Assembly (NCBI RefSeq): GCF_001194135.2 | Contig: NC_068993.1 | Span: forward strand, 29,797,569 to 29,831,544 | From: Octopus bimaculoides | Lineage: Eukaryota | DNA: 33,976 nucleotides | Reading direction: 5' to 3' | Program-made: the position numbers and the translations under genes | Shown: piece after piece, positions 10,721 through 23,735 of the stretch | Layout: every line of letters begins with the position of its first letter | Numbering within the stretch: the stretch's first letter is position 1 | The notes under the pieces: generated by a model | Databases searched by the model: none | The model's input: the letters and a program-made list of their open reading frames with translations, nothing else | Told to the model about the DNA's origin: nothing

Positions 10721-12012
10721 TGACAATGATAATGGAGATGATGAAGATGATGACGACGATGACGACAATGATGAAATATTATTTCATTTATTGTCTAAAA
10801 GGTGACTGTGGTATTCCAATGATTGAAACCCTGTTTTTATTCTGTTTTTGTCTCTGGTCTTTTCTTTTTATAAGTATAATATATCCATAGTTATGATGAG
10901 AAGACGACGAACTGAGAACAAACTTGCAAAGAGCCAAAATATGAAAATGCGTGAGTATATATACAGACATGCATACAGTGTTTATATTCTTGAATGTGAT
11001 AAAGCGTAGAATTAGATTATTATCCTGTTTCCAGCTTCATTGTTGCCGCCAGGAGTTGAAAAATAGGGCAGATTCCGACCCGCTCCCTATTTTGTAATTT
11101 AGGGGGGATTATTGAAAAACAAAGGGAAATTCGCGGCGGTGTTCAGTGAACAAATTAAACACACTTCCCAGCAGTGGCTAAAATGCAAACCGATCAAGTT
11201 TATGTAGAAATTTTCTTTTCATATGTTTACTTCCTTTTATACAACGGCTAAACATTTTCTGAAGCAGCACCCCAANNNNNNNNNNNNNNNNNNNNNNNNN
11301 NNNNNNNNNNNNNNNNNNNNNNNNNNNNNNNNNNNNNNNNNNNNNNNNNNNNNNNNNNNNNNNNNNNNNNNNNNNNNNNNNNNNNNNNNNNNNNNNNNNN
11401 NNNNNNNNNNNNNNNNNNNNNNNNNNNNNNNNNNNNNNNNNNNNNNNNNNNNNNNNNNNNNNNNNNNNNNNNNNNNNNNNNNNNNNNNNNNNNNNNNNNN
11501 NNNNNNNNNNNNNNNNNNNNNNNNNNNNNNNNNNNNNNNNNNNNNNNNNNNNNNNNNNNNNNNNNNNNNNNNNNNNNNNNNNNNNNNNNNNNNNNNNNNN
11601 NNNNNNNNNNNNNNNNNNNNNNNNNNNNNNNNNNNNNNNNNNNNNNNNNNNNNNNNNNNNNNNNNNNNNNNNNNNNNNNNNNNNNNNNNNNNNNNNNNNN
11701 NNNNNNNNNNNNNNNNNNNNNNNNNNNNNNNNNNNNNNNNNNNNNNNNNNNNNNNNNNNNNNNNNNNNNNNNNNNNNNNNNNNNNNNNNNNNNNNNNNNN
11801 NNNNNNNNNNNNNNNNNNNNNNNNNNNNNNNNNNNNNNNNNNNNNNNNNNNNNNNNNNNNNNNNNNNNNNNNNNNNNNNNNNNNNNNNNNNNNNNNNNNN
11901 NNNNNNNNNNNNNNNNNNNNNNNNNNNNNNNNNNNNNNNNNNNNNNNNNNNNNNNNNNNNNNNNNNNNNNNNNNNNNNNNNNNNNNNNNNNNNNNNNNNN
12001 NNNNNNNNNNNN

Positions 12013-12025
12013 AAGTCAAACATAA

Positions 12026-12073
<48 letters not shown>
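12013..12073 (+). mobile_element. Extreme 3' end of Dong-like family C plus (AAT)n tail (remainder in gap)
   Basis: AAGTCAAACATAAAATAA identical to the minus-strand end at about 142-168. Confidence 0.55.
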
Positions 12074-12074
<1 letters not shown>

Positions 12075-12300
12075 GGTATAATAAAAAAAATTCAGACAAA
12101 TACATAACAAAAACACCAGGACTTACAAATATATATAACATACAGAAAATTGCACTACTGGGCACAGTACACATCCTACGCAAAACACTTTCAATACAGT
12201 AACCATAAGAGCACCACAGCAAACCACAGCACATACCCAAGGCGCACAGTGCTGCGCTCGGTAGTGAAGTGAAAGCACGTTATAAAAATAAGACTACTGA
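12074..12300 (+). mobile_element. 5'-truncated R4/Dong-like LINE (family B) with (AAT)n on both sides
   Basis: Reads ...KYITKTPGLTNIYNIQKIALLGTVHILRKTLSIQ*, the typical R4/Dong C-terminus; 3' UTR matches 1-58. Confidence 0.85.
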
Positions 12301-13316
12301 ATAATAATAATAATAATATTCCTCTTATCTCAACCGACACTAATACTGTACATAACAATACCATCAGCGAGCAAGTCCTGTCAGTTAATAGATATTATAA
12401 TATTGGCATCAATCAGTCTGCCACTAAAAGGGATGGCAGCAGTACAGCTGTGCCACAACTATCAATAGTGGCAGCGGTACGATTTCAAAAGCTTAAGCTC
12501 ACACCATACTGCTTTCCACAAACCTAATGCTCTCTCCACAAGCTGTAATGACCACCCATCTATTCCCATTCATGTTGTCGATATGCTCAACGCCCAGAAC
12601 ACTAACACCTGTGCTGGAAATTTTCCCGTTATACCACCCACTCTCGTCCCTCCAGTGTCACTTTCTGAAGGCCAAATCTCTTACGACAATGCCCAGTACC
12701 AACGTTCTCCGACCCTGGGATCGGCAACTGGTTATAATAGTATTGATCCTACTAATATAAACCCCAGTAACAATCATGCGAACACCAGTAACTCTCGCGA
12801 GCTTCAACTATTATGCCATAATAACGTTGGATCGCGTACCCGTAATAATAAATTTCAAGTCTTAGAAAACATTGGATGCAATTCTTTAGACAAGTATGTC
12901 CGCTTTCTGATCGATGTCTAGATGTGGTTTACAAATGTGATGTTGTAACGGAGACCAATGGTCATACTTACATCGGCTGCTCCGTAACTCTCAAGGAGCG
13001 CTTATGTAACCGCTATTTTTCCTTTAAATTAAGACATATGGCTAGCAGGACTTCTATAGCCACGAAAATTTAGGAGCTCAAGGACAACAATGTTAAATTT
13101 GATTTGAGTTGGGATATCATTAGGGTCGCTAAACCGTACTTAAACAGCAGATACAGATGCAGGCTTTGCTGCATGGAGCTGTTAGAAATTTTTAAGAGAT
13201 CAAATAGTAAAAATTTACTAAATAATAAACTAGATCTTCGTCTTTCCTGTATACATAAGGCTACATGCACTTTAAATATTTTAAGGGCATTAAACGACTT
13301 TTGTTGTAGCTCCTAA
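12301..13316 (+). mobile_element. Penelope-like element fragment: N/S/T-rich linker, Cys-rich motif and GIY-YIG endonuclease (decayed)
   Basis: IGCNS..CPLSDRCLDVVYKCDV...HTYIG...LKERL...ELKDNNVKFDLSWDII...CRLCCMELLEI...LLNNK...SCIHK. Confidence 0.85.
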
Positions 13317-13550
13317 CCTAGGGTCAACCTAATTTTTTCCCTCTGTTGTTGACCTAATAGTCGATCGATCTGCCTATTTATTTCTGAGCCCTTCTAGTCT
13401 CACTTCCTTTACCATTACTTTCTAACCGCTCTTACTGTTCTTGCATCGTATGCTACATTGAATGAACTAACCATTCTATCTTTGCTACCCAGTATTATGC
13501 AATAGCAATAGCAAAGATATTTAATGTAGAAGTAGCAGCCTGCACATCCT

Positions 13551-13806
13551 AACCAGTTCTGGATCTAGTTTTTTCTATTCGCAAAATATGCAATTTTTAA
13601 ACGACAGTAAAATATCTAAAAAATCAACTATAATAATATAGTTTTCCAGTCTAATTGCTATGAAGGTATGATGTTGTGGAAAAAAAAATTTAGAGGTAAA
13701 AGTTACAGAAATTTAAAAATCAAAATAGCTGTGTATTTTTAGCCAAAAGCGAGATAGAAATTTTCTGCGTTTAGTAGAGCGGTGTCAACTTTAAGGTTGC
13801 ACCCTG
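13551..13806. mobile_element. Possible Tc1/mariner-type MITE end fragment
   Basis: Ends GTCAACTTTAAGGTTGCACCCTG (reverse complement CAGGGTG..., a typical Tc1/mariner TIR start); no partner TIR seen. Confidence 0.3.
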
Positions 13807-15205
13807 TGAAATTTATAGTTTAGCGTCTGTGAAATGACCCCTTCATTGTAGGTTTCTAAATAAACAGAAATACCTAATAAAATCAACATGTATCATCTTA
13901 CTGTTTCTTTTGTTTCTTCATTGATTGCATATTTTTATTATTATCTTTTACTTTGTTATATTAATATATTTGTCTGCATAAGTGCATGTGCGTGTGTGTG
14001 TGTGTGTGTGCGTGCATGTGCGTAAAGGGGGCATCTGTCTCCAAAACTTCAAAACTGAGTAACGTTTTCATGCTTGAATTTGTAAACTACTATAAGAATA
14101 ACACTGGTCAACAAAGAATTTGTCCCAAGAAAAAGAATACCTGTATCTTATATGCATTTTTCAAAAATAATGTCAAATTATCTGTACTAAGTTCACACAT
14201 TCCATTCACCAAACTGTATAAAAATCGCAAACAACTTTTGCTAGATATGAAAAATATGTAAAATAGTAAAACAATTGACGAAAAATATCTATAATAAAAT
14301 TCTAATTGATAAATATAAATTTTTATTAAAATAAAACACGCGGGTGAAGTAAATTTCGTGGTGTGAAGATTCAACACAACAGTCGGGTGAAACACATCAC
14401 AACGTACGGTTGTCAGGGTAACAAGCTGTTAATGCCTTACTGTCAGTTGATTGGCTAAAATTACCCAAATTTCCTAACTTTAATTCCAAATAACATCAGA
14501 TTCTTTAATTTACGAGATAAAGTAATTGGTTGGTCGTAATCAAAATTCAGGGTTGCAATGATACACCAAAATTGAAAGCAATCTGAGCAAAATTAAAGGG
14601 GGCTCATTTTGCGTATGAGAAAGACTAGATCTCCAGTTCTTTCCCATTTCTACTTGGTGAGTAATCTTTACACCAAAAATACAGTTATTTGTGCTGCGCT
14701 TGTCAACTAATAGATAGAATATACTATCCAAACCTCTTACCCGCGACTATTGTTGCTTTACCTAATTCACACAATGGTGACTATAATATCTAATTAAATA
14801 ATATCAACGCCGCCTGTATAACATTCCATATTGTTAATCATTAGACTACTCCCTACTGTCGGCTTTCTTCGTTATCCGATCTGGTATTTCTTCTAACTCT
14901 GTAGTTTATTATATAACCCCACCCTTCTTTAAACTCCTTAATGATAAGTAGTACTCTACTATTACTAATACTAGAATTTCATAACATTTAGATCTTACTG
15001 TTCGATTGCCTTCATACCCCCGCCCCAACTTTCAACCAATATCCACAGAATACCCTTAAATTCTGTGTCTCTGCGTTCCTCCCTTTGTCCTTTAGCCTTG
15101 CTTAGCGAATCCTAAACCCCGACCCTATGCCTAATTGATCTGTATGCTTTTACTTTTTTCTTCACCCTTATTTTTGCTTCTTTATTCTTTCTTTCTTTCT
15201 TTTTT

Positions 15206-15265
<60 letters not shown>

Positions 15266-15782
15266 TACTCCATGATCGAAACTGTATTTACTGCGGTCTA
15301 AATCTTAACACACTACACGTGAGTATAAAAGAAAGATGTGAATTCTACTTGACAGTATATTTTTACGAGTGTGGATGGTTATTGGTCATGCGATGTCGCT
15401 GATCACATGCATATTTTGAGATACTCGTAAATTTATGCTATGGAATACTGTCGCTAATGAGAGCAGTAGGTAAAATATTTTTACTTTAAGCTTGAAATAC
15501 GATCTTGTATGCATTTAAGCGAAACTTGCTGATTCATTATTTTTCTTTTGCTCGCCTACAATATAATGTGTTATTCTCAGAAATTTTAAGGTGGTAATAG
15601 GGGCTTTAGCGTCTATTTCTTGCATTGCGTGGTGAGGCGTAAAGCCGATCCTTTGTTATAATTATGTATATAATTATAAAATATTTTGTAAAATTTACCT
15701 ATCAGGTTTTTATTTCTGCACTGACCACCTGGTAAAATTATTTTTTATTTTACCCTTTCATTATAATTAATATTTGAATATA

Positions 15783-16795
<1,013 letters not shown>

Positions 16796-16958
16796 GTCTA
16801 TATAAATTAAACTACGGTTTACTCGTTAAATTACCTGCTGTCATATACACTATACCAAGGATTATTCTTACTGAGGTAATTACCAGGAGTGCTTTGGATA
16901 CATTTATCCCCTAAAGGGTTTAAACACCTCTAACTTATACCTACAAATATATTTTTTT

Positions 16959-17262
16959 CGCCCTTTTAAAGCCTAGGTCCTTATAACCGGGCCCATGAGC
17001 CTGGGCTCATGGGCCCGGTTTCCCGGTTTCTATGGGGTATGTGTCCCCCCCACCCAGCTGGACGGGACGCCAGTCCATCGCAGCGTTACTCAAGAAACAG
17101 GAAGAAGAGTGAGGGAAAGCGTGAAAGAGTACAACAGGGATCGCCACCCGCCTGCCGGATCCTCGTGAAGCTTTGGGTGTTTTCGCTCAATAAACACACA
17201 CAACGCCCGGTCTGGGAATCGAAACCGCGAGCCCGCTGCCCTAACCACTGGGCCATTGCGCC
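16959..17262 (-). mobile_element. tRNA-derived SINE with V-domain-like core
   Basis: A box TGGCCCAGTGG (17245-17255), B box GGTTTCGATTCCC (17214-17226), core GCGATGGACTGGCGTCCCGTCCAG; starts at a (TA)n tract. Confidence 0.8.
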
Positions 17263-17302
17263 TATATATATATATATNNNNNNNNNNNNNNNNNNNNNNN
17301 NN

Positions 17303-17703
17303 AGCTTGCTTACCAACCACATGGTTCTGGGTTCAGTCCCACTGCGTGGCACCTTGGGCAAGTGTCTTTTACTATAGCCTCGGGCCGACCAAAGCCTTGT
17401 GAGTGGATTTGGTAGATGGAAACTGAAAGAAGCCCGTCGTATATATGTATATATATATATATGTATATGTATGTGTGTGTATATGTTTGTGTGTCTGTGT
17501 TTGTCCCCCCAACATCACTTGACAACCGATGCTGGTGTGTTTACGTCCCCGTATCTTAGCAGTTCGGCAAAAGAGACCGATAGAATAATTACTAGGCTTC
17601 CAAAGAATAAGTCCTGGGGTCGATTTGCTCGACTAAAGGTGGTGCTCCAGCATGGACACAGTCAAATGACTGAAACAAATAAAAGAGTAAAAGAGTAAAG
17701 AGT
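17303..17703 (+). mobile_element. tRNA/CORE-type SINE with internal (TA/TG)n, head partly in gap
   Basis: GGGTTCAGTCCC B-box-like; CACCTTGGGCAAGTG CORE-like; tail GCTCCAGCATGG...GACTGAAACAAATAAAAGAGTAAAAGAG; sister copies at 24599 and 27728. Confidence 0.9.
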
Positions 17704-17967
17704 ATACTAATAATGTTTATACAAATTTACGTATAAAAATATTTTTTTAGTGTGTCTACCTCTATTATTACTATAGTTATTGTATTTTAAAGAACATTTA
17801 ATAGATCCATATCAATATTGTTTTTCCATATAGTTACATAACAATCTACAATATTAATATTATCCTATATTATAGCCTATTCGCTATTTACGTATATTTT
17901 TAATCTTTGATATTTTTCTTGATGATATCAAATTCTATATTTTGTAAACTCTCTCTCTCCATAAATA

Positions 17968-18229
17968 TGTGTGGTCTGATCAATAAGTATCCGAAACGTA
18001 GCTAAAGCATGCAGAGTAAAGCTGCTTGGCACAGATTTACCTTGAATTCTGCTGTGCATGTGCACTAAGCTCATTTCCGCTGTTTACAGTAGTGCTAAGA
18101 AGGAAGGTGTGTAGCGTCTGATGGTCGCATTGACCATGACAGAGAACGTTGAGCAGAGAATCTGCATCAAATTTTGCCAAAAGTTTGGTGATACCTGCTC
18201 AAAAACCTACGCAAAGTCTTCAAAAAGTT
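17968..18229 (+). mobile_element. mariner 5' end (TIR and transposase N-terminus)
   Basis: TIR-like GTGGTCTGATCAATAAGTATCCG after TA; MTENVEQRICIKFCQKFGDTCSKTYAK. Confidence 0.8.
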
Positions 18230-18800
18230 TTCATTGCTCTCGACACAATCAAGGAGATCTTGTGCAACTAAAATCCGAGTGTCTTGGTCAGCTGAAAGCA
18301 GTTTTGGCACAAACTTGGTAGACACGCGACTCATACCCCAATCTCCAGTGCTAATGAGCTGAACTGAACCGTAACTAATCTGCACTTCCTCTGATAACCC
18401 ACGGATGGTGATTCAACGATATCTCCTCACAGCTGCACGCACATCTGCAATGTTTTGCAGGTTGCGGGTGTCTCAGTTCTGAAGGTTGTGGGTATCCCAG
18501 AACGTTCGTCACTATAGGCATTTTTCGGCCATCTTGGAAACGTCTGAACCACTCGTACACCTGTGTGCGGCTCATACATTCCTTTCCATACAATTTCTGC
18601 AACTTTGTGTAGGCCTCTAAGAAGGTATCGCCATGACAACTTTCTCTGTCGTGGTCATCGCGACGATCACACGCTAGACACCTTCCTACCAAACACTGCT
18701 GTAAACAGCGGAAGTGAGCTAGAACATTAAAAATTAGTGCGCATAAATAGCAGAGGTCAAGGTCAATTTCTGCCAATCGGCTTCACTCTGCGTGCTTTAT
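18218..18800 (-). mobile_element. mariner transposase 5' part, inverted relative to the left arm (irritans-like, inference)
   Basis: YTKLQKLYGKECMSRTQVYEWFRRFQDGR, SDERSG, VQISYGSV, RVSTKFVPKLLSADQ, ENFLKT (HTH domains and the WVPxxL equivalent). Confidence 0.85.
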
Positions 18801-19085
18801 GAATTTCCTCTCCTTATACCAAAACTATCTGATAATTATTTCTCGAACTCTTGATGGATCTCCCTTCTCATTCTTGGAAGATTGTTTCATTGATCTACGT
18901 TGATTTTATTCTCATTGTCTTCCACACTTTCTATAAACTTTTTAAAAATATTTACATACACAGGCAAATTTCTAAACTTTTTAAAAATTTAATATCGTTC
19001 ATATTCTCTTCTTGATATCAATCGCTATGTTTCATAAATATTGTTTCTAAATACTTTTATTTAGTTTTAGTTTGTTATTATAATT

Positions 19086-19900
19086 TCAGTTTCGCTCAGG
19101 TTTGGTCTTATCTCTGGTAGGATATATGTCGGTAGCGGTTACTACCCGTAACCTTAGGTATCCACAAGTTTTACAGCAGTCTTTCAAGTGCTAAGAACCC
19201 ACCTGATAATTTTTGCTGTCCCTAAATAACAAACGCTCTGTAGGAACTCTACCATGCATTCTAGTTCAATCTCCTTCAGGCATTTGTTTATATCTTGGTT
19301 TACTGTTCCCAACGCACCAATTATTATAGGAACGACCTTTACTGTTCGCATGCTCCAAATTCTTCCTATTTCAAATTTTGAGGGATTGTATTTTATTTGT
19401 TTTTCTTCTTCATTCCTTACGATCCTGGAATCAAACGGGTTGATGGGTCGATAAATAAGCAACTTCACTTTTCCTTATCTTTAATTGTTATACCTGGTCT
19501 ATTCTTTTCCAACTTGTCCGTTTGAATTGGAAGATCCCACAAAATCTTACAGTTCTCCAATTCCAGTACTCTTTCCAGCTTCAAATCCCTATTTCTGTCA
19601 CAGTTTCCAGTGTAAAGCTTTTACAACCTGGTTGTACATCCATTTCTTATATTCTTCCTGTGTCAACTTGGGGAATTTTGTCACAACGTATGCCGCTGTT
19701 TCGTTCCAAGTTCCACAGGCTCTACATTTTTCTGACATATTCTCACCAGATATATATTTTCTCTGAAGTTGTTTGTTTTTATCGCTTGATCTTAGGCTGC
19801 TACAATTCGATTCTTTGTTTCTTTTTTAATTGCCCTTTTTTCTTAACGAAGCCCAGGATTTTGTTCCACATACATCTTCAATGGCTCTTAATTTTTTCTG
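19086..19900 (-). mobile_element. 5'-truncated R4/Dong-like LINE (family D)
   Basis: Minus strand: DQAIKTN, KCRACG..ETA, KILWDLPIQTDK, NRP, KVVPIIIGALGTV, LQSVCYLGTAKIIRWVLST*, and a 3' UTR stem-loop. Confidence 0.85.
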
Positions 19901-20983
19901 TCTGTGATTTTTTATTTTCTAGATTTTTAGTAATAAATGTATCTCTTTCCTTCTATAGTACTAACAATATTTACTAGCTACTTTTTGATTATATTTCTAA
20001 AGTTCCCTTCCATTTATTAGAAAATTTTATTATTATTATCTTCAATAATCTTTTAAAATTTTGATATTGCGTTCTTATAACNNNNNNNNNNNNNNNNNNN
20101 NNNNNNNNNNNNNNNNNNNNNNNNNNNNNNNNNNNNNNNNNNNNNNNNNNNNNNNNNNNNNNNNNNNNNNNNNNNNNNNNNNNNNNNNNNNNNNNNNNNN
20201 NNNNNNNNNNNNNNNNNNNNNNNNNNNNNNNNNNNNNNNNNNNNNNNNNNNNNNNNNNNNNNNNNNNNNNNNNNNNNNNNNNNNNNNNNNNNNNNNNNNN
20301 NNNNNNNNNNNNNNNNNNNNNNNNNNNNNNNNNNNNNNNNNNNNNNNNNNNNNNNNNNNNNNNNNNNNNNNNNNNNNNNNNNNNNNNNNNNNNNNNNNNN
20401 NNNNNNNNNNNNNNNNNNNNNNNNNNNNNNNNNNNNNNNNNNNNNNNNNNNNNNNNNNNNNNNNNNNNNNNNNNNNNNNNNNNNNNNNNNNNNNNNNNNN
20501 NNNNNNNNNNNNNNNNNNNNNNNNNNNNNNNNNNNNNNNNNNNNNNNNNNNNNNNNNNNNNNNNNNNNNNNNNNNNNNNNNNNNNNNNNNNNNNNNNNNN
20601 NNNNNNNNNNNNNNNNNNNNNNNNNNNNNNNNNNNNNNNNNNNNNNNNNNNNNNNNNNNNNNNNNNNNNNNNNNNNNNNNNNNNNNNNNNNNNNNNNNNN
20701 NNNNNNNNNNNNNNNNNNNNNNNNNNNNNNNNNNNNNNNNNNNNNNNNNNNNNNNNNNNNNNNNNNNNNNNNNNNNNNNNNNNNNNNNNNNNNNNNNNNN
20801 NNNNNNNNNNNNNNNNNNNNNNNNNNNNNNNNNNNNNNNNNNNNNNNNNNNNNNNNNNNNNNNNNNNNNNNNNNNNNNNNNNNNNNNNNNNNNNNNNNNN
20901 NNNNNNNNNNNNNNNNNNNNNNNNNNNNNNNNNNNNNNNNNNNNNNNNNNNNNNNNNNNNNNNNNNNNNNNNNNNNNNNNNNN

Positions 20984-21012
<29 letters not shown>

Positions 21013-21018
<6 letters not shown>

Positions 21019-21802
21019 ATATTCCCCCGTTTGCAATGCAAATAAGGACCGACTTAGCTAAGCAAATATTTAACGTTATAAATAAGCACTTTGATAAGAA
21101 TAATAGGTATTCAAAATTTATAAATAGTTGAACAATAAGGATATGTCATAGTCTTACACATAACTTAACGAGCATTGTATCCTTCCTGAATTTTAAAAAA
21201 ATGGTTATTTTCTACTTAAATTGAAACAACAATAGCAACGACGGCAGTATTAGTAGGAATAAAGACAATAAACACTACCCCAACCTTAGTAAAGGATACG
21301 CTCTGAACCAGAATAACCACATCAATCTCAATAGACTTAGCTCTACCCCACTAGAAAGCAGTTGCCTCATACAGCACAATCTATGTGACTGTAGGAATAG
21401 GGATAATTGTGCCTTCGGTAATACCTGTAGAATTAAGGACGTAATTTGCCAATGTACAGTCACAACACACTAGTAAAATGAGTTACATTGGAGCTACCCA
21501 AAATGAGATAAAACGTAGACTAGCCACACATCAACAGTCTTTTAGAAATAGAAACAGAATTAATTCGAGTGGATTAAGTAAGTATATTTGGGAACTCAAA
21601 GATAGTGATATTAACTTCACATTAGAATGGGAGATCCTCGCTACTGCACCTTCGTATAACGAAAAAAAATAGGAAATATTATCTTTGCATTAATGAAATT
21701 GTTTTCATTCTAACAGCACGAAACCCACTATAGAACCTGAGAGAGGAGAGAAGTGTAGCTTGCCTGCACAAAAGGAGGTCCACTTTTGATAAGTATAAAT
21801 GA
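21013..21802 (+). mobile_element. Penelope-like element 3' part: RT thumb, Asn-rich linker, Cys motif, GIY-YIG (decayed)
   Basis: YIPPFAMQIRTDLAKQIFNVINKHF; LCDCRNRDNCAFGNTCRIKDVICQC; SYIGATQNEIKRRLATHQQSF...LSKYIWELKD...WEIL; LCINE...CLHK. Confidence 0.88.
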
Positions 21803-22377
21803 CATTAGAACCCCTTATACTACCCCATAATAGTATCAAAAACTCCACAACATATAAACAATAGCCCTTGATAGCAAAATTAAGCATATACATTTTACTC
21901 CTTAATTAAAGTTAGTTTGTTAGTAATTACCGGGGCTCTTGCAGGTATTCATTTAAATACTCCCTCATTTTACCCAAATTCTGAGTTTAGGTCTTACCTC
22001 CCACCCATATCAACTACCTACATTTTATACCAATTAAGCCTTTCCTCCTTAATATTACCAACTAACCCGTTGTAATAATGCAGATATTTCATTCATGAAC
22101 TTATTTGAGAACACAGAGGACTTATGCATTCAACCACAATGTTATAACCGCTAATAACTACTTCAAATTCTAATTCTTATTTTAAATTTTAACTTTATCT
22201 ATTTATTTTGTTTTACTTTATCCTCTAGTACCTTTTATACCGTGAATGTGTTTGTTGGCACTTGCTGTAATTTGGCTCTACTAACTTATTGTTCTTGTTC
22301 CACTTGAAAATAGACCTTCATAGCCCTACACACTTGTGATACTTTTGGGGTGTCTTATTCTTCCATTATAATTATTC

Positions 22378-22943
22378 TGTTGATTCAAGGAGCTGGAAAT
22401 ACGAGGAATGACGCTCTCAGGCGGAGTAAATTCAATAACCGTTTATTCACAGGTGCTTTGTACAAGGGGTTTGCTTTCAGTAACCACCTTCACAGTAGTG
22501 CGTAGTTAGCCTTCTCTCCCATACACGTGAGGTTCAATGACCTCTGGAGACAATACATGTGGTATCACAGTGGGACCAAAGTCCACTGTGAGCTCCTGGC
22601 TTCGAAGTCTTGATCGGCGTCAGCGTGAAAAGAATGAGAGAGAAACTATTGTTGTCTTTTCCTTAAATAATGGTTGCAGGCGAGATCTCGTTTTCGTCTC
22701 GAGTATGGCAATGGTTGCAGGCGAGATCTTGCTATTTGAAAATGGATGGCGCTGGCTTCTTTGTGCCTCGCTACAAGGGCTCCCCGCCGAGAACGCCAAT
22801 GCGAAAATGGAAAATAACTGGAGCAGGCACAAGAAAAGAGCAAAGATGGTAACTGATTGCAAACAACAAGATATGGTACAAAAATGCGTGAATTTATTTT
22901 ACTTTATTTTATTGAAATCAATGTTAACTTCTTCCACCATACA
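22378..22943 (-). mobile_element. Probable solo LTR
   Basis: Minus strand TGTATGG...AATCAACA termini; TATTTAAG TATA-like motif followed by a CT-rich tract; AATAAA near the 3' end; internal direct repeat AATGGTTGCAGGCGAGATCT. No TSD found. Confidence 0.4.
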
Positions 22944-23167
22944 TTGTATGGGTCTGCACTTGGTACTATGGTAGTTGTACTTACCAGGAGAGATTTTTAA
23001 AATTTGGTTTTACTATGTAGGACTGAAAGTGTAATCTGTTGGTGGAAATAGTATGTCTGCACCTACTTAGGGTCAATATAATTTTTGATTTATAACTTTT
23101 TAATTATTAAATTTAGTGATATGAACAATATATATATATACATACATATACATATATATATATAGAC

Positions 23168-23202
<35 letters not shown>

Positions 23203-23269
23203 CATATATACATACAAAACAATTTCAGCAAAACGCCAGACTGTAAAAATGAGCAAGACAAATGAAAAC

Positions 23270-23735
23270 AATTTGGTATTGTTGGCGTTTTCGGTGTTAA
23301 ACAGCGTCTTTCGATTACCTTAGCAACAGAGTAAATAATTTCATTTAACTTATTAAGATCGGGTTTTATTTGTTGTATGATATCTTGTGTAACGCAGTTG
23401 CCAATTTTTATTTGCGTTTTATGTTGGTGTGCATTTGAGAGTTTATGGAGTGGTTCCCTATCATTTATATTTGTATGCCCTACAACTGCAAGCTCATTCA
23501 GAACTTCCTGCTTCATTTCAATGATCGATTTTCTGTGTTGTTCAGCAAATATGTGGTCTTCAAATTCTGTTTCGACATCATTTTCCTGGCTGTCTTTCCT
23601 AGGGTCATTATATTCTCCTTTTTCTTCAGGATCTTGAGTGGTTTCGGCAGATGGTTGCCTTTCAGTCAATGCTTGTGGTCCAACATTCCTCTCCTCTGCT
23701 TCGTTATTTCTTTCCTGGCTTATATTTAGGTCATT
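23270..23735 (-). mobile_element. N-terminal ORF fragment of another R4/Dong-like LINE (family E)
   Basis: Open frame ...DREPLHKLSN...IKPDLNKLNEIIYSVAKVI resembles the pre-RT region of R4/Dong ORFs (L-N-x-L/I-I-Y-x-x-A-K-V; recognition from memory). Confidence 0.55.

Noticed and set aside
13448-13530. Nested stems (CTACATT/AATGTAG, ATCTTTGCTA/TAGCAAAGAT) downstream of the PLE
   Set aside because: No CUGANGA or GAAA on either strand, so not callable as a hammerhead.
14023-14620. AAAGGGGGC motifs (one after TTAA) suggesting Kolobok-type termini
   Set aside because: Both are in the same orientation; no inverted partner or TSD pair found.
15440-15480. CTAATGAGAGC hammerhead-core-like motif
   Set aside because: No matching helix II, GAAA or helix III.
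17303-17345. tRNA-like heads of SINEs as tRNA genes
   Set aside because: No complete cloverleaf; they continue into SINE cores.
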